Shown here: one piece after another, positions 13,177 through 24,839 of the stretch
Position numbering within the stretch: position 1 is the first letter of the stretch
Layout of the letters: each line of letters begins with the position of its first letter
Assembly (NCBI GenBank): GCA_977016875.1
Contig: CDRNST010000035.1
Coordinates: forward strand, 2,232,001 to 2,296,000
DNA length: 64,000 nucleotides
Direction: 5' to 3'
Origin: Pavona decussata
Lineage: Eukaryota
Notes under the pieces: model-generated
What the model was told of the DNA's origin: nothing
What the model saw: the letters and a program-made list of their open reading frames with translations, nothing else
The model's database searches: none
Translations under genes and position numbers: made by a program

Positions 13177-13631
13177 AGTGGTGCTCCTGTTTTCGTGGTT
13201 TTTCTGGTTCTCTGGTTGTGCCTCTCGTAGTTCTCGTAGCTCTTGTGGTTCTCGTGGTTCTTCTGGTTCTGATGGTTCTTGTAGTTCTTTGTTGTCGCGT
13301 TTCCTCCTTGTTGCGTGGAAAACCATACATATGTGTTACAGTGACAGTCATGATGTCAGCATTGGAGATTACACCGGAGATGAGCCAAGTTCTGAAACAA
13401 AAAGGTTCTCCAGATTGATAACTTAAAAAATTATACACTTATCAATTATTTAATATGAACTGTGTTTTCACAGAAGCGTGTAAGGATTGAATATTTCAAT
13501 TTGAAGTTATTATTATAAAATTATTTTCTTATTCTTATTTTATTTCTCATCCTCGCATCCTCGCATACAGGTTATTTATTATCACCAGACATTGTTCTTT
13601 GACTAATACATCGACATCTTCTCTGTTTCAG

Positions 13632-13652
13632 ATGGAGCTGTTGATGACAATG
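13632..13652 (+). CDS. Putative 21-nt phase-1 microexon of stomatin copy 1 (xDGAVDDNG)
   Basis: ctctgtttcag|ATGGAGCTGTTGATGACAATG|gtaatt. Phase is compatible with the exon at 14452. Confidence 0.4.
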
Positions 13653-13734
13653 GTAATTTTCTAGTTAGTCCAAGTAGTTCTAGTGTAACTGTATGACCAA
13701 CAGCGTATTTTTGGACCAGCAGGTTAGGTAATGT

Positions 13735-14290
13735 TTGTGCCGAGTGGTTTTAGACCCGATAAAACACGTGCTGCAAGTTTTTTGAACGGCTTCAAAAACA
13801 TTCCTTGAAAAGCGTGTGTCAATAGATTTTATAACAAGTATGCTTTTGTGAGCGTTGGAAATTAGCATACGAGAAAAACATTAGGTTTTAAATTAGTATG
13901 CAAGAAAATCAAATCTAACACGTGTTTGAACTTTTCTTCTACTAACCGAAGAGGACATGGCGTCCTGTTTCAGAGCTTTTCGGAAGGCTAATTTAATCGA
14001 GAATGCTACTCCAAAGTCAACTCATGAAGTGACAAAGTGTTCATTTGAAATTTTTCTGGAATGGCAGAATGGTAGGAAAAACAAAAATCCAAATGCACCC
14101 ACCATTTGTTATGTCAGTTGCTGTGTTGATAATTAATTCATATTAAAAGGTAACGTGCAATGTTTTTATATCTGATAATACACCGCATAATAACGAGGAA
14201 TGTTTTATCAGCTGATAAAACACCGCATAGTAAAAAAGAGGAGTTTTAAGAGTCTTTTAACGATATAAATTCACTGCACATGATGTATTA
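13735..14290. mobile_element. Non-autonomous Crypton-like element in stomatin intron
   Basis: N-terminal YR remnant LIENATPKSTHEVTK..FLEWQ at ~13957-14090, plus gataaaacac / gttttatc inverted motifs. Confidence 0.55.
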
Positions 14291-14451
14291 TCGACCATTT
14301 GATATGTCAATGGGCTTATGAATTATGGAAATAGAATAATCCAAACATTCTTATACAGACAGGAAGGACTTGTGTAGGTACAGTGTAGTTTATGGTTGTA
14401 AACTTTTAAAATTTGCTAATAATTAATTTTACTTGACTGTTTTATTTTCAG

Positions 14452-14555
14452 GCGGTGGTTCTGAAAGCCGAGGCATATGTGATTGTGTGCTGCCACATGT
14501 CTCTCTCTTGATGTTTATTTGTACCTTGCCATTGTCACTATGCTTCTGTGTTAAG
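14452..14555 (+). CDS. STOM: Stomatin/MEC-2-like copy 1, exon 2 (hydrophobic hairpin)
   Basis: ag|..GGSESRGICDCVLPHVSLLMFICTLPLSLCFCVK|gt, 104 nt. Confidence 0.88.
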
Positions 14556-15254
14556 GTATGCTTGCAGATCTAGCCAAATGTATAGCCAAAATAACTATGA
14601 AAATTCTAACATCTCATTCCGACGAGTGTTGGAAAAATTAATTTGTTTTTAATTGAAGAGGGAGATTTTTTGATAATGTATGTACCGGATGTTTTATTTG
14701 TTTGTTTTTTTGGGGGGGAGGAAGGGTGGGTAGTGGGGGGAAGGGAGAGTGAGCTTTTCATTTCCCACTCATTTTTTCTGTCAGTTCCACAGCACTTTTC
14801 CTTCTAGAAAATTTTATGCAATTGTAGTGTAATTATAGTTTTTTCTTCTTTTTCTTCCGATTCCTGTTTTCAGTGCATATGACTGCTGTTTGTTGTATAA
14901 TCTGCGCCTTTCAAAGTTGAATGTAACGCATGGTTTATAAAGTGAATACTTCATATTTAATACCAGGGATGGGGCTTAGCCCTCGCCCACTGGACAGGCG
15001 AGTGTCAAATCTTCTTGGGCTTACAAATTGTGACTTTTTTGGTGCAGTTCTTATTAGGACACTAGCCCATATGGTGAGCGCTGTCAAAATTTCGTTCCCA
15101 ACCCTGTTTTACTCTCAAATTTTTTCTTCATCTCCCTCTTGAGTTCTGTTGTTATAATTATTAAAATACAAAGTACTGAATACAATACACACTACTTTAA
15201 ACAAGGTAGCCACTCGTGTAATAATAAATTAAAACATTTGTTTAAATTAAACAG

Positions 15255-15327
15255 ATTGTTCAGGAAAATGAGAGAGCAGTGATATTTCGTCTTGGTCGAC
15301 TGCTGCCTGGGGGAGCAAAAGGACCAG
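15255..15327 (+). CDS. STOM: Stomatin-like copy 1, exon 3
   Basis: ag|IVQENERAVIFRLGRLLPGGAKGP(G)|gt, 73 nt. Confidence 0.93.
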
Positions 15328-15741
15328 GTAAAATTAAGTTTTAATGTTGTTTCTTTTTGACAAGTTTAAACACCTTTTTTTAACCTTCGATAATTTAAAG
15401 TTGGAGAATAAAATTCTGGTCCTTGATGTTAAAAAAAAAATATTCCTTTCCTTGGAAAATGGACAAATCATGGAATTTCAGATTTTCCCAAATTTGTTTT
15501 AAGTTCATGGTTGAAAACTAAAGAAATTTAGGAAACTTTGTGTTAACCATCTAAGATGTTCAGCCAGTGGAGCATTTCATGCATTGTTTTCACCAGTCCT
15601 CTTGTCAGCGGCTCACTTTGGCAGCCAATTTTAAGGTCATGAAATTGGGTTAAAAGTCACAAAAAATTCATACAATGTTGTTTGCCGGTTTCTGTGTGAA
15701 CTCTTCTGTCCTGAAATGCTGCTGCTGTTGTTGTTTTTCAG

Positions 15742-15824
15742 GCATGTTCTTTGTCTTACCCTGTATTGACTCCTATCAGAAAGTGGATTTGAGAGTAGTG
15801 TCATTTGATGTATCACCCCAAGAG
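15742..15824 (+). CDS. STOM: Stomatin-like copy 1, exon 4
   Basis: ag|(G)MFFVLPCIDSYQKVDLRVVSFDVSPQE|gt, 83 nt. Confidence 0.93.
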
Positions 15825-16925
15825 GTACAAGTTATTATAGTGATAATTAAAATTAAAAATGACCCTTGAAAATCTCACGCTGGGTTTTATCCATTTTATT
15901 GTAGATACTGTGCAGCAAACCCAGGAACCATTGATTAGGCCTGTGCACTGGGTCCCACCCAAACTTTGAAGTAGACAATGAAATAATGAAACGATTTATT
16001 GTCTTGGGTTTGAGTTTATTTATTTTACCACAAAATAAAATAAAGAACAAAAAGATACATGTTTGGGAAACACTGTTGGAAAATAATGTACAGCAAAGTG
16101 ACACTTATATGAAGGGAAAGAGGGAGCGGGTAGAACTTCGTTGTAAATCATGATGTAATTTCCTCATCAAATGATGTCACCGCATCCCATTACAGACAAT
16201 CCTCCAAGTGACACCTAGTCTTGACAACAAGAAATCCAGAAACTAACTATAGGCTTTTATTAGCGTGCCGCGTTGCCCCACTCTACACCCCTTAGATTTC
16301 TTACCCCCACCCGCTACACCATTCAGCTCTCCTGGCAAACATTCAATGTGAACTCCTTGTAAAACGATTGTGAACTATTGGAATAGCTTGGGGTATTCCT
16401 GCTCTAAAATTGTAATCATCTCGATGGCGTAACATTTAAAACTATACATACTTCTCAGAGCACCACCATTATTCATCATGGGTACGTCACAAAACATTGT
16501 GAAGCGATGTTGTTTTTATTAATTCATGACTCGCCAATAATTTACCGGATATTCCAGAAGGGTGCTTTGCAGTGTTCCCGATAACTTTCAAAGTCAGAGA
16601 GTCGATGAAGAATTTTGAGGGGTCAATAGGTATGGTTCTAACCCAATATTCTTCAGCTTACCATTCAATTTGATGGGTCAGGGCGTCAACTTTCTCGGGT
16701 TTTTGACCTGAGGCCCCTCTCTTAGCTGGAACACTGGCTGTGTTGACCAACTGAAAACAAAGATAAAGGTCTAGGGTAAGGGACGAACAAAATGAAAACT
16801 TCAGGTAAGCCTTAAACCTGGCTCGCCCCAGACGGCCTGGTTAGTAAAGCAACCATTGTATTCTTGTAGATCTTTAATAATGCAGCCAACTTAGATAAGG
16901 CCTCCACTGTTTGATTTCCGTTAAG

Positions 16926-17132
16926 GTTTTGACAAAAGACGGTGTGACTGTAGCAGTTGACGCTGTGGTGTACTTCCGAATATACAATGCCCCCATGTCA
17001 ATAATTACAAACGTGGAGAATGGAAACCGTTCCACCCGTCTGCTAGCACAGACTACCCTGCATGATGTGCTGGGAACCAAGAACTTGAGTGAGATCTTGG
17101 ATGAAAGAGAAACAAAAAGTGAGACTATGCAG
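16926..17132 (+). CDS. STOM: Stomatin-like copy 1, exon 5
   Basis: ag|VLTKDGVTVAVDAVVYFRI...STRLLAQTTLHDVLGTKNLSEIL...MQ|gt, 207 nt. Confidence 0.93.
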
Positions 17133-18032
17133 GTGTGTATCATTATTTTTGTTCTTAATTAAATATGCCTAATTACTGATCATCGTGCCCAAACTACTAG
17201 CTGACTTACGCATATTGCCCCTAATCAGGTAAATGCAGGTGAGCAAAGGGTGAAATGGATGAAATGACCAACTTGATCCAGCCTAGATGGTGGGCTGATT
17301 TGTTACAGATCTATAAATGCAAGATAAGATTCATCCCAATGTTATTACCAGGCTGCGGCCTTGTACGATTCCTGCAGGAAAAATTGAATGGCACATTAGA
17401 AGCCAAGAAAAGGGCGCACTGGGATGCTTCAAACCAAATCGACTTTTAGAAGTTAGTAGGTTGAGTTGAGAAATCTTTTAACCGAAATGCGAATACTCCA
17501 GCTCAATTTGTGTCAATTTGAACCTTATTATTACTCCCAAACAAGCAGCTTGCTGCAAGTTCCCATCAAGTAGAGAGATAGCCTTGACAAAGTGGAAGGG
17601 GGAGAAATCCCATAGGATTTTCTCCAAGCCAGTAAGCGACAGTGATTAACGCTGACCCAATCCATTTCCTGCAGGACCCCTTTTGTTCGGCAAAGGGGCC
17701 CTAGGGCTCTCCAAGACAAAATGTTGGTAAGAACACTGCATCCCACTCACCTGGTTGGCCCACCCTTAAAGGGACTATGTCAGATGAGGCACACGTGCAG
17801 TAGAGTCCAGCTGAGACTAATTTGCATACAACTCGTCGCATGATTTTTGCTTTTCCCCCATTGCAGAAGCTTTCAAAAATATCGCAACAAACAGCTTCTG
17901 TAATTACCAAATATTTGTAAATAAAAAACCCACTAATTTTTCGATCATGAGCATGATTCATACAGATGAAAACAGCTCCCTGAACTCTCCCAGCGTATTT
18001 GAAAAAGTTCTCTGCCTGACACTGGGTGATAC

Positions 18033-21000
18033 CACAAAACTTGTGTGCTTGATACCGTTTTTAGCCAGGAAATCTCAAATGTGCTCGTGAAATTTGGACC
18101 GTTGTCGCTAACGATGGTTTCTGGAAGACCATGGGTTGCAAATATTTCCCTTAACTTTACGATGGTGCTGGCTGATGTGGTCGTATGCATAATGTGAACA
18201 TCCATCCACCTGGAATGTGCGTCGATCACCACTAGATACCTGTGACCCTTATATGGCCCTGCATAGTCGATGTGCTCTCTTGACCAGGGTTGACCTGGCC
18301 ACCCCCATGACTCCCATGGGTGAGGGGGTGCTTCTGCTGGGGCGTTCTGATGTCGTTAGCATTGTGGACAATTCTTTACGGCATTTTCTAGCTCCGCATG
18401 ATCCATGTTCGGCCACCAGATGTAACCACGTGCAAGCGCTTTCATCCTTGAAATACCTGGATGGGCCTCGTGAAGCTCAGCTACGACTTGCTCTCGTCCT
18501 TGTGGTGGTACTATTACCCCGTTGCCCCATGCAACGCATCCACCCTTTATGGTTAATTCTACTTTTCGGCTCAAATATGGGTGTAACTGCACATCAAGGC
18601 AATGATGTGGCCACCCATTAAGTGTAAACAGATACACGTTTGAGAGTACAGGGTCGCGCCTCGTCCATTCTCGGATGTGAGCTTATTGGTGTGTGGTCTC
18701 GATGATCCAATAGCAAAACGTCTCTCCTGGTACAGGAACAAACTCTGGCGTAATAGACAAAGGAAGGAAGTCTACTTAGTGCATCGGCATTGGCGTTTGT
18801 CTTCCCAGCTTTATGGACAATCCTACATTCTTACGCTGACAAGGTCAGGGCCCACCGCTGAACTCTAGGGGCGGCTTATTGGCGGTACTCCCTTCTTCTT
18901 ATTAAACAGCCCCTCCAGCGGTTCGTGATCTGTCTGTATGATGAGCTTCCGCCCATACAAGAACTGGTAAAACTTTCTCACTCTGAAGACAATAGCCAAA
19001 GCCTCTTTTTTAATAGTGAAGTAGCCACGCTCGGCTGTATTCAGTGATCTTTAAGAATAACCGATTGGGCGCTCCGTTCCGTCAGCCATCCGGTGGGAAA
19101 GTACCGCCCCTACTCCATAATCTAAGGCATCCCTCGCAAAGATATAAAGTTCCAGTTCTGGCTGAAAATGTACTAGGAGATCTGCAGACTGAAAAGGTTC
19201 TTGGGATTTTTCGAATGCCACCTGCTGTTCAGTCTTCCAGCACCACTTTGTACCCTGCCTTAGAAGCTTGTGGAGTGGTTCTAGTACTGTAGCTACGTCT
19301 GGTAGGAAACTATGGTAATAATTCAGCATTCCCAGGAGTTCTCGCAGCTGTGTGACATTCTCAGTCACTGGGGCATTTTCTTATGGCCTCCACCTTAGCT
19401 GCTACTGGCTTGATACTACTACCATTGATCACGTAACCACAGTAGGTGACTTCCGGCACCATGAAGTAACACTTTTTTTTTTCGCAACCGCAGCCCAGCT
19501 TCAGACAGCGTCTTGAGCACTGCTTCTAAGTTGGCCAGGTGATTGTTGTCACCCTTCCCACTGATAAGGCTGTTGTCCATCCGCACGATTACATGAGAAA
19601 TGCCTGCAAGAGGTTTTCCATTGCTCTCTGAAAAATTGCAAGTGCAGAGGAGACTCCAAAAGGCAGTCTGTTATATTGGAAACGGCCTTTATGCGTGTTG
19701 ATAGTTGTAAACGTTCGCGATTCCTTGTTCAAGGTCATTTGCTGATAAACCTTAGGACATGTCGAGCTTGGTAAACTTTTCACCACCTCCTAGGGTAGCC
19801 AGCAGATCTTCTGTCTTAGGTATTGGATAGTTGTCGAGTTTAGAAACTTAATTTACTGTCAGTTTGTAGTCTCCGCAAATCCTCACATATTTGGTTTAGC
19901 GACAGGTACGATTGGTGCTCCTAATTCCGAAAATTCCACAGGCGATATTATTCCTTCACGCTCTAGTCTCTCGAGCTCAAGTTCCACACTGGTTTTCAAT
20001 GCATAGAGCACCGATTGGGCTTTAATATATTTCAGATCTGCATCTTGATAAACATAGATCTTCGCATTTACTCCTTTGAGGGTTCCCAGACCTTCAGCGA
20101 AGACATCTGGATATTTCGCGAGGACGTCTTGAAGTGCCGTTCGGGGGTTATCGTTCGCAATTTGAAAATTGTGTTCCAATCGAAACGAATTACTTCGAGC
20201 CAGTCTCGGCCCAGTAGCTTCGGTTCGCTACCTTTAACCATTAGGGCTTCTAATTCTTGCTGAAATTTCCATATTTTACAGGAACCATAACAGCTCCTAG
20301 CACTGGAATCTTTCCTCCGGTCTACGTGCTTAGAACCGCTTTTGATTTTGAAGTGGACCCAACGCGTCACGCAATCTTCTATACGTGGCTTCATTTAATA
20401 TCGTCTTTGGCGCACCAGTGTCGATTTCCATCATGTTTTTCCTTCCACATCATCCTTAAATTCACCCTTTAATTTACAGCCCTAGGGATCGTGGTTTTGA
20501 CTGTATAATTCGGAGATTTAGCTTCTTCGTCTACTTTGTTGACCTTGTTGTCATCGTTGTGCATTTTCCCGCCTAAATCAATGAGATTCTTCAAAGCCAT
20601 TTCAGTTGCTGTAGCACGAATTTCCAACGCTTCTTCGAAGGAGAGTTCCCGTTCGGCGGACAGTAGTCGTTCAATGCGATCGTCGACAAACGAGTCTATC
20701 GCGCAGTATATCCTCGAGTGTTGCTTCGACAGCCTCCTGAGTCCAGCAACGAACTCCGCAACAAATTCCCCTTCGAGTGGACTCCTACTATGGAATTTGA
20801 ATCGCTTGACGATTACACTTGGCTTATGCCAGAAGTGATTTTCCAGCGTCTCGTAGATCACTTTCACTTTCAAATTACTTTCAAATCCGCGTCTCCTGGT
20901 TTCTTGGGTTGTAACAGATCTCGAATTAACCCGTACGTTTTGCATCCACAAACGCTTAACAGGATAGCTCTCCGTTTCGTCGCGTCTTTAATTTCATTTG

Positions 21001-21286
21001 CGGCAAAGTGCTGCTCGAGTCGTTCCGCGTATTGAGTCCACCATTCCTCTGACTCCTTAAACTCTCCTACGTTCCCGTAGGTTGCCATGTTTTCCTCGTC
21101 GCCAATGTAATAAATCGAGGAGACACGAATTTCATCTACATACTATTTAATGATCACGGTAAGGAATGAACTAACAAAATCATGCATTGCACAACTGAGA
21201 CATCCGATTACTGACAACATCACTATGCACGTGACTAGATTATAACAATCTGTTACATTCATTTGTTGCTGACTAGATACATTACG
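18033..21286 (-). mobile_element. Gypsy/Ty3 LTR retrotransposon, degenerate and 3'-truncated (gag-PR-RT-RH-IN, one LTR)
   Basis: Gag MATYGNVGEF..W..YAERLEQHFAAN, RT (APIVPV, YNRLPFGVSSA), RNase H (YGVGAVLSH..ERPI) and integrase (LHEAHPGISRMK..WWP..C..C, HGLPETIVSDNGP). LTR 21106-21286, PBS 21093-21104. Confidence 0.93.
21093..21104 (-). promoter_or_regulatory. Gypsy primer-binding site complementary to the tRNA-Ser(GCU) 3' end
   Basis: TGGCGACGAGGA on the - strand, 1 nt after the LTR end (..TTACA) and just upstream of the gag ATG (21088). Confidence 0.75.
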
Positions 21287-21401
21287 CACTGGCCATATGC
21301 GCTTTCCCTGTCTGACAAATGTGAAAGTTGGTGTGAGGAAATAAGGATTGCAAGATCTCTTTGATATTCCAGTACCTAGCTTGTTTGTTTATTTCCATCA
21401 G

Positions 21402-21599
21402 GTTATTGCTGCCGAGGGAGAGATGAATGCATCTCGTGCACTGAAGGAAGCTGTTGACATCATTTCAGAGTCACCGTCTGCTCTTCAGCTGCGATACTTG
21501 CAAACACTGACCACCATCTCTACTGAGAAGAATTCCACCATCGTTTTCCCTCTCTCTGTCAATTTTTTGTCCAGATTTCTTCCAAATGAAGGCAAATGA
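21402..21599 (+). CDS. STOM: Stomatin-like copy 1, last exon (exon 7 equivalent)
   Basis: ag|[65 protein letters not shown]. Confidence 0.93.
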   Translation, partial: VIAAEGEMNASRALKEAVDIISESPSALQLRYLQTLTTISTEKNSTIVFPLSVNFLSRFLPNEGK

Positions 21600-22925
21600 C
21601 TAGATGGGCAGTGTGAAGACAATAGTCGCCTTTGACTGAAATCAGCATTCTTTAAAATCAGATTATTGTCTGAATGCAACTTGAAATGTTACCAAAGTTT
21701 AAGACTTTTTGTTTATACTGTGAAGTACATGTAGGCTAAGGGTTTTTTATGTAGGCTACGGTTAGTCACCATGGTAAAATGTCTAAGTTTGAGAGCATCA
21801 GTGGCTCTGTTGTCTTTTCCACAGTTAGGCATGAAAACAAAACCTTTCTGGCTTGCTGGCATATCAGATGATATGCACGACAATACCCTCCGCTGAAAGA
21901 TTGCCCTCAATACTTCAAAGTGTCCCTAAAAGCTTTTTAGCCAACTGTCAATTTTTTTTCTAGGAAGTCTTTCAGCCTCGGGAAATGTCCTCAGATATAC
22001 CAGCCGCCTGAAGGGGTTTATTTACTAAATAATAGTAATACCAGGATACCATACTTGTAGACCCTCTAGTGTTCCAGATATCTCATAGATTCCATTGGAA
22101 GCCAATTTTGAGGGATCCCTGGGTGGTACACTGACATTAGCAGTAGCATATTAATTTGTGTTTTATAAGAAACTTGTCTTGAGCACCTTAAAGGTGAGTA
22201 GATTTTCCATATCATTGTATGAATAAAAAATGGAAAGTAATTACCATTAATTATGATAGACAAGAACTTGCTTTGTTTGGGTCAGCTGTCACTTCAACGA
22301 TGTGAATGTTTCAACAACATGTCAATTGAAAGATACTGCATTCACCAGGCCAGGGACACTGTATTACATTTTTAGTAAATGCTATTAACGTGCTCTTTCA
22401 AACTATATATTATAATATTCCAAAGGTCCACTGGAGGAATGTTTATTCAGGTCATTCAGTTATGTTAAAATAAATAAATTTCTGTCTGCCTGATAATTCT
22501 GTCAGTCGTTGGTGTTTGAAAAAACCTCAAGGTAGCTCAGTTTCAAATAGGGTAGCTGTAGATATTTTTTGTCTAAATATAGATTTATAGGTCAGAATTT
22601 GAGCTATGGACAAACTCCTGCACTCAAAATTCCCAGGAGTAACACCAGAAACATCAGCTCTTACCCCGAAAAAGACCATTTGTAATAAACCAAGCATTGA
22701 TTAGAAAAACTTCAGTGGCAGTCTTAATGACTTTGATGTATTCAAATAAGTTCATAAGTTATTTGGTTATGTATTCATTAAATAGAAATATAATAGACTT
22801 TAGTCTGACCGTATATAATATGCAATCTGTAAAACAGGACATCTGTAAGTTGTAATCCTAAATCTGTAGGTTCTGATGAATAAAATTGTATTTCAGCCTC
22901 CAGCTGTCTCGTTATATTGAATTCA

Positions 22926-23050
22926 TGAATATGAATGTATTAAACATATATTTTGAACTGCGGATGAAAGATTAAATAGAAGAAAGATCCTCGCAGTTAT
23001 TACGAACTCACAATATGACCAGCTCCCAGTTGGCTTGATAGCTCAGCTGA

Positions 23051-23092
<42 letters not shown>

Positions 23093-23175
23093 ACGTTCAA
23101 GCCTGAATTTTTTCAGGCTTTCTTTTCGCAATTGCTTAAGTTGCTTACTATCTGTGAGTATTTTTCTTCTATTTA
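22926..23175 (+). mobile_element. tRNA-derived SINE-like repeat with 12-bp TSD
   Basis: TSD atattgaattca (22914-22925 and 23176-23187). tRNA-like core 23032-23103 with GGCTTGA/TCAAGCC acceptor stem and A/B boxes. Inverted arms taaatagaagaaa/tttcttctattta. Confidence 0.85.
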
Positions 23176-24839
23176 ATATTGAATTCAATCCATTTTTTCA
23201 GTGGTGCCAAGTACTTGCCCCAGGTACGCGTTATCCCTGATTCATCATTTCCCTTCCGTAGGTGTTTAGCACAGGCTGCAAGTGTGGCGAAGCAGTCTCT
23301 TTCACTGCATGCAAATAGTTAAATACAAACCTATAAAGTTTTAGCGTGCGTAGAAGGTGCATGCACGAGGGAGAGCGTGTCTCCCTGGCGCTCCTCGCTC
23401 TTTTTTGCGCCCTATATATTTTTCATGCTGCCGTCACGCAGCCGGCTAGTGAAGTTACGGCTTGCGTAGAAGTTAAAGTTGGGTTTAGCGGCTTCAGACG
23501 CTTAATGCGTTACACATACTGGGAGAACTCAATGTCGCCCACATTTTGAGTTCGACAACGTTTAACCGGGTTGTACATAAGGGTCCAAATCGAAATGTAG
23601 GTGGCGAACTGGCTTCAACGTTGTGGTCAAACTCTAACTGGGCTTGGGGCGAAACGTCCTGCCCTTTCAAGTGGAACTAAATTAGATGGGCTGAAGCGAT
23701 AGGTCTGAAAACTTGTAGTTTAACACTAGCTTTCGTAGTGCTCAGCTAGTGCTCATAACAAGGCATTTAAAGGAGCCCATTACCCTGGCTCCTGACATAT
23801 GTTGATTATTCGGAAAGCAGCGAAATCCATTTTCGAAACAGCTTTCAAGATCAATAGGTGGTTTGCAACCAATCCCTAAAGATCCAAAAGACATTGATGT
23901 GGCAGCCATGTTGGATGACAGAACCTTTCGTTATCTTGTTTCGTTATAAAAAGAAATGACAAAAAAAACTTTGGAAAGAAATTATCAAATCTTTTATACA
24001 AAAGAAATGATATAAACAAAACAATTTCATGCGTTGAAAATGAATTAAATGATAGACGAGTGAGAGTTGCAAAATTCGAAGTAATATTTGAAGCAGAATT
24101 AAGAACATTAAAATTAAAAGCTATTTGCCTGCATTAAATAAAATTATGTTTGCGGGAGAAAAAAATGACCCAGAAAAAAAAAATGGAAAAAATAAAAAGT
24201 GGTTTAAAGAAATGAGATAATTGGATATAATGAAACCAACAAAAGTTGTTAAACCAAACTATAAATCTCGTCCCCAGGATAAGGGTAAAAGAATAATTAA
24301 AAAATTTAATGTTTGGAAAAAAAGAAAAGTTTCACAAAGTTTCACAAGCTGAAATTCAAGAGATTTGGGATTGTTGCCATAAAATTCCTTAATATATTGG
24401 AAAGTCAAACCAGAATTGCAAGCTCTCAAAGAAAAAATAATTAAACTTTTACAAATAACGAATATATCAATTGATGAAAAGGAAACAGCTCTTGGCATTT
24501 ACAAAGAATTTTATGACAAAATGAGTTAGTGGTATTGATCCAATAACGTTTTTCAAAAAATATAAAAGAAAAAATATCAAACTTTTAAAAGAAAATAAAA
24601 ATATAAAAGTCAGGTTTGTTCTTTATTGTTAATTGTCCTGCCATAATTTTGCGACTGGAGAAATAGCTGATAGACCTTAGTTTAATTCTGGGACAAAAAT
24701 AAACATTGAAACAAGTAATAAAGCCAAGCTTTATAAAGAAGCAACAGATGAAATAATTTAAAAATTGCAAAACTCTAACAAAAATGGCAGCAACTGGATT
24801 TTTAAAGAGAGAAATAATCTCTTTTGAATATAAACCCAT

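Larger units (their letters stand above)
1..23855 (+). repeat. Tandem segmental duplication, unit 1 (starts before the window)
   Basis: Collinear matches to unit 2: 1-2350~26549-29030; 7620-9540~31409-33190; 12840-13490~33540-34240; 15495-16300~34255-35430; 17330-17741~35475-35877; 21290-23855~35877-38661. Confidence 0.92.

Noticed and set aside
13039-13438. Multiple overlapping ORFs on both strands (also 33768-34236) as overlapping genes
   Set aside because: The TGGTTCTC-type repeat has almost no A, so stop codons are rare in all six frames for compositional reasons.
23032-23103. tRNA gene (also 38123-38193)
   Set aside because: Irregular anticodon arm, and it is embedded in a TSD-flanked repeat. 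It is a SINE core.
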